From Trichosphaerium sp. ATCC 40318 (taxonomy: Eukaryota; Protista; Tubulinea), in contig JALMLS010000573.1 in assembly GCA_038496445.1 (NCBI GenBank), positions 1 to 64,000 of the forward strand: DNA of 64,000 nucleotides, written 5' to 3'. The notes beneath the pieces are model-generated. The model searched no databases, was not told the DNA's origin, and saw only the letters and a list, made by a program, of their open reading frames with translations. How positions within the stretch are numbered: position 1 is the first letter of the stretch; each line of letters starts with the position of its first letter. A program made the translations under genes and the position numbers. Shown here one piece after another: positions 1-11,468 of the stretch.

Positions 1-459
1 CTCCAAAGGATGTATGTAACGAATGTATCAAACAAGAAAAATGAAACAACATCAAGAATTACAAACGAAGATATAACATCAAAGAGTAAAGTTGTTTCAG
101 TTGATAACGGACCAAATTCTACAACACGTGAAGATACAACGACAGGAGGAAGTAGTGGTATTAAAAGCGGTACTGAAGAAAACTCAGAGAGTTCTGGGAC
201 ACTTGCAAGTGTCATAGAAGAACAATATGTCACTGGCGGTTTAGCACTTTCTTCATCACCAGGATCTTCAATCGCTTGTTCTGTTTCAGAATCAGGGACT
301 GCTGTACCTGAACCAACGTCTTCTATTGTTTCTGAAACACCTTCAAGTATGAGGAGTTACTCTGTTTCTGTTTCAGAATCACTTACACCAAGTGGTCAAA
401 GTACTCAAAGTAATCAAAGTGATAGTAGTAGCAGTAGTTCAGAAAGTGATGATTTGTAA
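1..459 (+). CDS. 3' end of a Ser/Thr/Glu-rich low-complexity protein (gene begins upstream of window)
   Basis: Open frame from window start to TAA at 457-459, followed by an A-rich AATAAA-like tract. Confidence 0.6.
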   Translation, partial: LQRMYVTNVSNKKNETTSRITNEDITSKSKVVSVDNGPNSTTREDTTTGGSSGIKSGTEENSESSGTLASVIEEQYVTGGLALSSSPGSSIACSVSESGTAVPEPTSSIVSETPSSMRSYSVSVSESLTPSGQSTQSNQSDSSSSSSESDDL

Positions 460-1034
460 ATAAAAAAATATCTATTCTGACCTTAAAACGTTGTCACGAC
501 AGTTTTTGTTGTTAGAATACGCGTGATTGTGGTACGTGTTGGCCTTAAATGTACTTTATACGGCAATCATCAAAACAGCTCAAAGTTCCTATGATGTCGA
601 GGAGAACGTACAATTACGTTGGTTATGTCGATATTACCGCGTTTTAACCAAAATACGTTCCAGATCTCACTTAGAAACCTAGCTACGACGTAACTGTTAG
701 AGAGGCGGTAAAACCGTAATATAATTGTATAGGTAGCGTGTAGGACTGATTTAGTTACTTTTGATGCGATAAAATTGTTTTGTGGTTTCCAGGTAGCTGT
801 AGCGCCTCAAATGTATCACTACGAGCGCACGTTAACATGAGATTTACCAGCGCATGTATTGCGAGTATTTCCAGTCGCAAAGAAGCTGTTGATTTAAAAA
901 AAGCTTTTTGACTAAGAGCGACCTACCCACACCTGCCCACTAATAGCAAAAAACACGACTAACGTCTCCCGAGCGTCTTTTCGTATACTGACTTGTTGTC
1001 AGAGTCTTGACAGCTGACGATTTATAACTCGGAA

Positions 1035-3584
1035 ATGTCTAGTCGCTATACATCTAAGCCGTGGTTACGGTATATGACGGTGAGATGAGTTTTATACTTC
1101 TTTTAAGCTTAAACGCATAGGACGTATTACCTTGGCCTCTTTACCATATTCCACGCATTGCCTTGATAGCGTTTATCATATATAGCATCTTTGCGGTAAA
1201 CGCTATTTTCCTGCTGAATACTGTTTTTATTCTGCCATTTTCTCGACATTACTACCGTAAACTATCGGATAGCGTAGCAGACTGGTTATGGCCTATCTAT
1301 CCGTACCTTTGCGAATACATTTCAGGTACAAAAAATGACGGTGAAGCGAAATACTACACTACGACGCGTAAATAACTGTTTAAAGGTACAAGGTTTGTAT
1401 TTACAGGCGATATACTACCTAAAGAAGAAAACGCAATTATTGTATGCAACCACCAAGGTTATGCTGACTGGCTTATCCCTTTTTGTGTAGCAGATCGTAG
1501 GTACGTTTAATATTAAATAGCGGAAAATCTTTTCCCCTACGCACAACTGAAAAAGGCGCAAATTGGATTTTTTTTTTTGAACAGGCATGGATTTTTTTTT
1601 TCAGTTTTTGGGTTTTGTGGTAGTTTATGACTTTGTTTGTACCTTTAGGGAAGCTATGGGTAAGCTTAAGATTGTAATAAAGGGTGTGGTTAGGTATATT
1701 CCTTTTGTAGGAACAGGTGAGTTGGTGCAGACGAAGAAGAATTTTTTTTGTTTTGACATTTTATTTTTTGACACTTTGAAGGATTGTTGGCTCTTGGTTC
1801 TGTGTTCTTGGATAGAAATTGGGATAAAGATCAAGTTACAATCAATAAGGCATTTAAACGTCTTATCACGGATAAACTACCTTTCTGGTTTCTCTCGTTT
1901 CCAGGCACGACGCTAATATCTTTTTTTTTATTTTTGGGGGATTCTGTTATCCAAAAAATGGAATGTGATTAGTTTTGAGAGGTTAATTTACAGACCTCTT
2001 GTTTTATGTTTGTACAGCGGTTTCGTTAGTTTAAAAGGCAGCACTTAGTTTTTCATTTACATTGGTCGAACATTTTGACACTCATTTGATAAAAAAAAGC
2101 ATTTGACACGGGATTCACTGAAACAGTTCTCCTGATTAATTATTGCGCTCTTTTTACATACAGCGCTGCTTACTTGTTTACAAATATTTTTTTCACACCT
2201 ATGAAGCGTTGTATTACAATCACATTCGTATTGTTTATTCTTCTGACTTTGTCATTAGAAGGTACACGGTTCTCTGAAGAAAAATTGAAGGCATCTCAAG
2301 AATTTTGTAAAAAGAAAGATTTACCAGTCTTCAATAATGTGTTATACCCACGTGTCAAAGGTACGTTAACAGCACGTGAAAAAAAAAAACCAATTCTACT
2401 TTCCAAAAAACAAAACAAGAAAGAAGTCTTGTCTAAAGAGTATCTAACGTACTCACTCTTTTACTGAGAAGTAAAGTGGTTTTGTCTATTATTTATCCTT
2501 ATGTATAGGTCTTCGTGAAGCGATTAAAGTGTTGGGTCAGGACTTAGACGCAGTGTATTATTTTTTGTTGACGGTTTACTGACATTTCATAAATCTAATG
2601 CTCTTTATCTAGATATGACCTGACTGCTTGCTTTAATATAAATCCTGTACCAAATGTACCAATACCAGATTGGTACTACCTTCTATTTGGAGGTAAGAAC
2701 TCACAATACCCATTATTTTTATTAGCAAGAAAAAAACCCCAAAATATTCACACTTCTATTTGTTCAAACTTTTTTCGTTACTACCTCAAGTTTATTGTAC
2801 CTGATATACTATCAATCAAAATGTCACAAAACCATAATGAAGTTTTACAAACATACTTTAATGGGGCTGTGTGTAAAAACGAAGAATTTGAATGAATAGA
2901 ACATCAAATTTACTGAGCTTCTATTATCACCGAAAAAAACAATGTAAGGAGGTTATCAGTAATGACATACTTCATGCGTTTCGTAAATTGTGCTTGCTGT
3001 ATTTTAAAGTACTGTTTGCCAGGGCTTGCCACAGAGCATCTTTTAACTTTTTTTTTATAGGTAATAAGAAAGTTGTCATACACGTTAACATAAGGCGTGT
3101 ACCAATAAGTCAGATTCCAAAGGAGTCCAATGACATAAGTAAATGGATAGTTGATGTATTTGCAAGAAAAGATAAACTCATTCAACATTATAAAGAAAAT
3201 GGAAAGCTTCCTGGATCAATTGTACGCAATCGTCTTTTTTTTTTTTTTACTTTGTCAGAAAAAGTCAGATTTCTTGTTTTCCTCAACCCACGTGCCGACT
3301 ACATTTGTGAAAAACCAAAAAGCGTGTGCATATAGTTGGGACAGATAATTATAAGGGTATTTTTCATGTGTTATACACGTGTGAAAGTATTTCTTTTTCT
3401 GTGTTGTACTTTTGTTTTTTGTTGCTTTTCCTTCTTTTTTCTGACTTTTTCCCCGCTCTAGGTACATGACCCTTACACAGAAAAAAGAAGGAAAAGAACA
3501 GAATTGAGCATCATAAGATGGTTAACTACGAATATAGTTGTAGTTGTACTGCTCTTTTGGATAGCGTATAAGTGCCTGTATTGA
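1035..3584 (+). CDS. Lysophospholipid acyltransferase (AGPAT3-5/LCLAT1-like), ~10 exons
   Basis: Spliced translation gives NHQGYAD (HxxxxD motif, ~1448-1468), FLDRNW, FP|EGTR, NVLYPRVKG, YDLT and a C-terminal hydrophobic segment. Confidence 0.9.
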
Positions 3585-3727
3585 AAGAACAAAAAAAAAA
3601 ACAAACTGTAAAATAAAATTATGAATTGGTGCAACCCTTTTTTCCTTTGCTTTTTCCTCTGTCTACAATAAACTAGTAATTTATTTTTATATATGACATT
3701 ACTACAATCATATTTCTCCAATCAAAC

Positions 3728-6552
3728 TCAGAATTGTGTTGACACAAACCTGGGTTCCTTGTTGTTATCTCCAATTGGCGAGATTGGAAACACTTTTAAG
3801 TTCAAGTTTTTAATCCTCTCTTTAGTGTATCCGTACCTGAGAAGCACCTAAAAAATCCTGTAAGCGTTTGATGTAATATGTAATCGCTGAGTACGTTTTG
3901 GATATTAGTGAGTGGAAAGCATTGTTGTCCAACAGCAGTCGTGAAAGGTTCAAGTAATGTGCTGAACTATTGTTTTTATTAGCAACCAATTTTATATCAT
4001 AAAAGACAAAGACTGTTGAGCCAATAGAAAAGAAAGAAACTGTATGCCCTTGATCTGCGGTAGCTCTTTATAAAAAGGAACCTATTTGCAGTGCAACTAT
4101 TCATTGCAAAAGACAATTGCAAGTGCAACATTCTGGGTTTTTTCTGGATAAGTTGAGGAACGTACATCAATATTCTCTTGAACTAAGTTACCAGCAGAAA
4201 CTCTTGTGTAATCCATGCTATCGGATACGTATGGTATGTCAAGTTTTAAATCGTTTGCTATACGAAATACTGTTAGGAATGACAGTAAAGTTAAAAAGAA
4301 AATACCTTTACTCGTTCTTATCTCATACAATTGTCCAAGCGGCTTTGAAATGTTGTTAGATTTATAACAAGTAGTTTAGTAGTATTGTATGTGTACCGTA
4401 TCATAAAGTTTATATTGCTCTGTTGGACGGCGTGTGAGAATGACAGGAGTTCTCACTTTCACTTTTTGAGCAAATGCTGTAACAAACAGTAAGTAGGTTT
4501 AGAAGAGTGTCGCAATGGTAGCACGTGGGTACATTTAAAAATGATAAGATCTGCTGCCAGAGTATACTCAATAGACGCAATATAAGCCACGTCTTGAGGT
4601 ATTGTAGGTGGTAAGTTGTGAGGTATCTTCATGTTAACTGTTAGCGTTTTTGTCTCTCCTGGTAGAACTGGAAAACAACTTTCATCTTGTATGTGACATT
4701 TCTTCATTGGTAGAAGTTGATTTCTGGTGTGTATTGTTCTCAGGTGGCTTGCATGAGCTGTAACTAATCCACGTATTTCAACAATCATTTTTTGAACTGG
4801 TTCTGAAGAGTTATTTACGATTGTCTGTGAAGTAAAAAAAAGACTTGTAAGCAGAGATAGTATGGTAACAACGACAAAACTAAATCAAAATGTTTTTTAA
4901 CGTACTACAGTATATGAAAGGTTTTCTCCAATATAACAAGGTTGTTCAACATGCAAATTAAGCGATACTTGACCTTCATTGTACTTATCTAGTAACAGAA
5001 TAAGGATGGCAAAAAGAATAAGGCAATCACTAACAATATTAGATTAACGTACCTCCTTGTGCTTTATTGACTTCTATCATTGGAACAGATGGAGGAGGCG
5101 TTATCACAGTGATTTCCTATAAACCATTTGCATACAGTGTTAAGGGTTAAGACGTACCCTTGATTTCACTTTGGGTATTTTGAAGACACCTTTACCAGGT
5201 GTTTTTGCTCGTATTAGATAGTTACACCATGCATGTGCAGCTCTAAATGACGGTGGTACTTGAAGAGGTATAGTAAACTCAAAGGGCCATACATTTTCAC
5301 CTGCATCAGCACTTGACTACAAACACGTTTTTAGTAAGAGAGGTAACATTAAATATACATCATGTACCTCTGGAAAAAATCGAAGTGAGTTATAAAAGAA
5401 AACAATCTCTTCTCTGTATGTATCAGTGTGTCTATTATCACCACTTCCCTATGCGAATGAAATTAATATTTTGGAAGAAAACACATTGAACTTACATGTG
5501 TTTCTGTCCACCAACAAATTTGAGCACCTGAAATAATCACTTGCAAAGAATTATTAGAACAATGCCAAGAAAAAAAAAACCACGTGTTTGAATACTAACA
5601 ACAACTTACATTCTATCCAAGGTATCTTTTTCTTCATGGGTAAATTACACACAAGAACTCCTCGAACTGTCTACATAGAAAAGATAAATAAAAAAATAAA
5701 GCTAAGTCACAACGGTTGGCATTGACGTCTTTGGATAGTAAACACTGATTAAAAAAAAGAAGGAAGGATTTAAGATTGTTGTACCTCTCCAGGTTGGTAA
5801 ACTTCTTTTTCTAGCACAGTCCGCATTTGTCCCAAGCCAAGATTAAAGCGCCTTGCGCGACTATATGGCGTCGTTATCAACAACAGAAAGAAAACGAAGT
5901 GCAACAGAAAAAAGAAAAAAAAGCTGTTTTTGTACTTTGTTGATAATGGACCACGTTTGAATGATAGTTTTATGTGCAAATCTATATGTTCACCACTAGC
6001 ATTTTCCTTCAAGACAACAGTCAAACATTTTAACCAGTTTTAGGCTTTGTTTGCGTACTGTTAACTTGATATGCTTATCATGAATGCTACCTTCCGTTAT
6101 TGTATTGATACTATGTGTGGTTAGTCGATTAAGCTTAATTAAACGGTTTTTGGTATTACGGAATCTGTATATCTCCTAAATGTCTGTTCTTAAACAGTTT
6201 TTTACCCTTGACGTGAATGAGAAGGTTGTTTTGCTCGCAATCAGGCACTTCCATCAAATATTCTTTAAACCACTACCAAAACGGTTAAAAATGTTACATT
6301 ACGATTAAACGAGCGCAGTTTACGTATATAGAACCTTCAACGGGACTCGTTTCTTTAGTTCGGAATTTTGTGGTTTGGTTTGTCTCACAGTCGAGCGTTA
6401 GATTGCAAAACACTAACGTAGCGATTAAAGGTTGGCATACTGGCTTCTGGCGCACCTTCTCCTTTAAAGGAGACATTAGACACGCTTATAACTTGAATAT
6501 AAAGCTGTCCTTGTGTTCCAGAAACGCCAGCGGCAGTAGGTGTCTCAGCCAT
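3728..6552 (-). CDS. C2 domain + arrestin-domain protein (Dictyostelium AdcB/AdcC-like N-terminal architecture), multi-exon
   Basis: N-terminal GQLYIQVISVSNV...VFCNLTLD...FRTK (C2-like); LEKEVYQPGETVRGVL, WPFEFTIPLQVPPSF, NLPPTI...IEYTL (arrestin N and C domains); exons join in frame at GT-AG sites. Confidence 0.8.
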
Positions 6553-7086
6553 GTGTAATGAATGCGTTCTGGTTTTTGGGTTAACCCGATACAGTTTTGC
6601 ACAAAAAGGAGAACTGTTGAATTGCCCGATTCCTAAAAGTTTGGTACCATCATTCGCATCAGAAAAATGTTATGTTAACTTGACTATTTACTAATCACTT
6701 GTAGGATAGGGTGGGGAGCTGCCTAGGATTCTGGAAAAATCCAAACTTTTTTTTGGGTCAAATATTGTAGAAATCGGGCCTCGAAGGGTTCTTACGAATT
6801 CATGAAGACCCAAAAAAGCAGCACAATACCCAAACTTCTTAACCTTTTACAGATAGTTAGATCAACAGAATTTTCAGCAACAGACATGTCATCAGAAAAC
6901 TAATCAGTAAAGGAAGCATCTCTTCTGGAAATTCCGGGACCTTATGCGTCTCCAGACATGCCTGAAAGCCATTCGCTTATTTGCACTGTATACCCTTGAT
7001 ACGGCACACGGAGGATTACTGTCAAAGATATCAGTACGGCTACAGCAGAGGAAATAAGCGAAAAACAATGTAGAACAACTAAATAC

Positions 7087-7802
7087 ATGTTCAACGTCAT
7101 AAAATCAGCGAGCGAATACGTAATGTGCTTTTTAACTATTTATCACGTGATTATTTTAAAGAAAGGGAATTTGTTTTTTCCCAATTGACTTTTTTTTTCA
7201 GGAAAAAGGATTTTCGTTGGTCGTGGAGTGTCAAGGTGATGAAGTTTTGGTTGAGATTATACACCCTGATGTATTCAAACAGTTGAGAAAGTTTAATTTA
7301 GTTTTACGGCAAGATACAGTTGATAAACAAGAGATAACAGAAGAAGCAGTAAGTGAAGTTTTTCCTTTAACTGAACTAGTTTTTATCATGATTTGCAAGC
7401 ACTGTCTTAGTGTTTACTTCCCCGCTTTAAGCCCTGAGAGATCAAGTATGGCTACTACGTCGGTTTTGGCATTAAAGCGGCCTTTGGGAAGCAGTTATTT
7501 ATTGACTAGTAAAACAAAATTTCGTATTTGTTAAATACTGTTCTTAGGTCATTTCGTTGAGTAGAAGGGTTGAAGATCTGGAAGAGCAGTTGCTTAAACA
7601 AATCCATAAAACAAAGCGGATGGAGATTATATTAACAAATCAATCCAGAGTGATAAAGGAGTTAAAGGAGGAAACAAAAACAAGAAATGATCCAATAATT
7701 GCAAAGAAAAATGATGATTATTCTGTTGGCTCTCTTGGTACAGGTGATTGGTTAAATGTTGTCCTTGTGGCAACTATTGTGTCACTTCTTGTATTGAAGT
7801 AG
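7087..7802 (+). CDS. Small coiled-coil protein with C-terminal hydrophobic tail; possibly the remnant of a longer gene starting at 6886
   Basis: Three exons join in frame; LSRRVEDLEEQL coiled coil; ends WLNVVLVATIVSLLVLK*. Confidence 0.5.
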
Positions 7803-8098
7803 TTGCTTAAAGACATAAACGTTGTATCAACCCTGTTTGCACGTGAATACGCTGTTAAGACGAATGTACTTTCGCTTTTGCATGTGGCGTTTGTGGCAAG
7901 CATCATCAACTCGTATTAATAAAGTGTAATACACCAACAAAGCCATGCATAAATTTAAACTTGCTTGTACGTTAATTGTTTGCTTTTACGGTAAAGCAAA
8001 GTCTTGTACTTTCTGGCTTCTGAGTCCCACCTCCTTTAAGTTGGTACTCAAAAAATAACAGATAAGACTTGTAATGACGAAATGATAATAGTTTATTG

Positions 8099-10327
8099 TT
8101 ATTGAGTAACACGAACAAACACCCATTGTTGATCTCCATTGTTAGTAATTGCTGCCATTTTAGCCTAAATTACAATGTTAAGCTACATAAATATCAATCA
8201 CGTGACGTACACTCTGACGTCTTGAGCGCCAACACCTCCATAAAGTGCTCTTGCAGGGGTATACGAAGGTGTTAAAAGTGTAAGTACAATGTTGCCATTG
8301 ACAACAGTTTTCTTAAATCGCTGGTTTATATTACTAGAGCTGCATGCCCACAAGTGTACATTGCTTCCAGGACCACCGCCATCAAGGCAAAATTGAGTAT
8401 TTCTCTTTTGGTAAGAAAAAAGACCGTCACCACGTGGTAATTCGATCCAATGTTGGTTGTTGTTATTCACTCTGTAGTTCCAGAGATACACCTATGTAAG
8501 AAAAGTCATTCAAAGAAAGAAAACTAAGTATACAGTTGGAAAGTCACGTGCGTCATTGCCACTTGCTCCACCCTGGTTCCCATCTAATGCAAAAGCCAAG
8601 TTGTTACTCTTTCTGATACTAAACATATTGCTACTTGGCATTGACGTAGGTCCGTTGTATGGTTTCAAACAACCATTTGCAACAAAATGTTGAATAGTTC
8701 CACAGCATTGTGCTTGAGCTTTGCGTGAGAACCTATCAAACTTATAGTCTCTGTAAAACATTGTTAAACAAGTATTGTATTTGTAATTGCGTAAAATCTT
8801 ACGGATTATTTGTGAGACCTGCCATGATACCTTTATTGTCATGATTACATCCTGAACTATGTCCAATCTCGTGACCAATACAGCGTCTCAACCCTGGGGC
8901 TCGTTGCCAAGAGCACTGAGCTTTTGAGGAGGTCTATAAAAGATAAGTGAAGTTCTTTTTAGCAATGTAATACTATGTTGCGTACACATAAGTTGTTCGA
9001 AGTCGCCGCTCCAGCACGACTTGAATGTTGACAATCGTTCAATAAAATACCTGCTGCGGTATTTGATGGAACATTTAAGTCAGACCTCCAAGTGTTAAAA
9101 GAAGACAATAGTCCTGAAGGGCATTCTCCTGATGCATAAGAACGTGTATTCCATGCTTCAGGTCCTATTATATGTTAGCTTAATAGTTTTAATAAAAAGA
9201 AAAGTGTACCTGAAGTTTCTCTGACCTCAAGTGCAACAACAGTCACGCGAAGGTTCTAGCTAATGTAAGTTACATCTAAGAGTGAGAGTAGATTCAGTAC
9301 AAAGTCAGATTCGTAAAAGATACCCACATCCATCATTGCTAGCAAATAAATGTTCAGAAAGGTAGAGGAATAAAAGATAGTACCTGTTTGAACATAAGCC
9401 AAAGTTTGAGCAGCAGTTCCAGTCCGTTGTTGAAATCCCACGTTAGCAGCAATGGCAAGAGTGAGTTCGTGTTTTGATTGTGGACAAGGTAGCTTTGGGG
9501 GCGAAAAAGGAAGCGTGTCGCCTTCGGGGATGCCAACCCTGCGAATAGTTGCATTAAAAGTCAAGTAGTACAACTTAAGGCTACGTACCTTTTGCTGATC
9601 GAGTGTTGGCTCTCCATCTCGCTTTTGAAAGAGCCAGTAGATTCTCTTTTCAGGTGTTAAAAATGGAGAGATGGAACAAAAGAAGTACCTCAATAGTAAG
9701 TAAGATGCACTTCCAGCTTTCGACAAGTGATTTTGTGACATGAACCTTTTGTGCCTGATAAAAACACGTGTTAGAAGCCCAATGATATTTTTGTATTACC
9801 TTGATACAGCGTCGAAATCAATACGCTTGTTGTTCAATGTAAAGCCGCCAGTGAAAGTACCATCATCACGTGTGATGAAACGCAAATCAAGATGAAAATC
9901 ACCGATTGCCTTGTACATGTTCGAAGGGATTGGTAGAAACGTCCTGTTCCCTCCATTCTGTACAACAATCTAATACAAGTCAACGAGAATTCGATGGATA
10001 GGTGAGTACGACTGTGGCTAATGAGGTCGTTTGTGTTGGCGTACCTTGGCACATGAGAAAAGATTGAGTGTTGAACACAAGTAAATGTCCAGTTTTTGCC
10101 ATTTTCGAACTTGAAAATCATCTCTCCTTCACGTGGAAACGCTCTCTTTAATCCATCAATTGGTTGAAATGATACTATACCACGCGTTAAATAATAATAC
10201 GATAGCGAAGTACGAGTTTATACTGCGGATCCGTACTTTCGTCGATAACGTCAACATGTTGAGTGTTATCCCAGTACTCTTGGTCCCAGCAACAAACAAC
10301 TATCACTAGCGCCACTATTCGAGTCAG
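8099..10327 (-). CDS. Secreted M12B (reprolysin/ADAM-type) zinc metallopeptidase with C-terminal ricin-B lectin domain
   Basis: Spliced frame gives HEIGHSSGCNHD (HExxHxxGxxHD) with the Met-turn GIM at ~8825-8875; upstream prodomain-like region; QxW/QxF repeats NQHW, NQRF, DQQW with CLDGG. Confidence 0.85.
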
Positions 10328-10829
10328 TCAAGATTTACATTTAGGTTCATTTCGCAGTTACGTATAGTAAATATCCTTATCATGAGCTTATGGTGTTGTT
10401 TGAGATAATATTTTGATTGTACTGACACATGTGAACTGGTACCAGGGTATGCCAGGGACACTACCTAATACCTTTTCAAATCGAATACACTCAAAATTAA
10501 CAGTTAGCCTTTTTGGTGTCCATGTAGCCTTTTTATAAAAGTACTAGCGGCAGCTAGCGATAGTTCTACCATGACGTCATAAAACCGATAGTATCTTGTA
10601 TTAAACTGCATTGTGGTTAGTGTCAATTGGTTTCATTTTAAAATCAATTTTCCGTAATGACAGTTGGGATAATTTGATCACGTGATAAAACTGTTGGTTT
10701 TATCGTTATCTATTCAAGACAACATTTAGGACTAGCCCAATAACTTATCGGGTAGATGAAGGTAAATACGACTACCACACGGTAGTTCTTTCCAAGTAGT
10801 GGTTATAGTTGTTCGCCCATGTACACCTA

Positions 10830-11110
10830 CATAACATGAAATGCAAAAGAGTAAATTTTATTCAGCGTTTGACAAAAGTCAAATAGTTGTTTGGAATACA
10901 ACGGACCTACGTCAATGCCAAGCAGCGATATGTTTAGCATCAGAAAGTGCAATATGTTGCATTTAGCTTTAGATGGTAATGGTGGAGAAGGTGGCAAGAA
11001 CGCATGTACCTGACTTGCAATTATAGTTCCACAACTTGTGCTTGAGATATGTATGATCTGTATACAGTTTTATCAGAACTTAACTGCTTACGGATTATTT
11101 GGTTATTTAT
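10830..11110. pseudogene. Scrambled relic of the metallopeptidase-ricin gene
   Basis: 10897-11000 (+) encodes YNGPTSMPSSDMFSIRKCNMLHLALDGNGG, a diverged copy of the minus-strand 8555-8660; 11023-11100 instead resembles 8694-8810 in the same orientation. Confidence 0.65.
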
Positions 11111-11468
11111 TTTGTAATTGTAACTCTACATGATAAGTTGGGACTCTAGAACATGCGGTTCTAAAATAGTTCAAAGGAAGAGTATTTCTAATCAATCGTT
11201 TCTAGTACAACAACACTATCGCCTAAATACTCTTCCATCGATGCACAAATCTCAACTTTGGCAGCTCGGATTTAGACTGCCTCCAGCACGTGACACAAAT
11301 CCTATCTGATATACATGTAAAAGCAGGTACAAGAAGTTATTCACCATACTCTACAAGACAAATAATAAGACGCAAGTCTGCGAGTTAGAAGAATTCTGTT
11401 GACTATGATCTTTTAACTTTCTTTGTACTTTTCTGTTGGTATTCAAATAGTGTTAATTATAATTTCAA

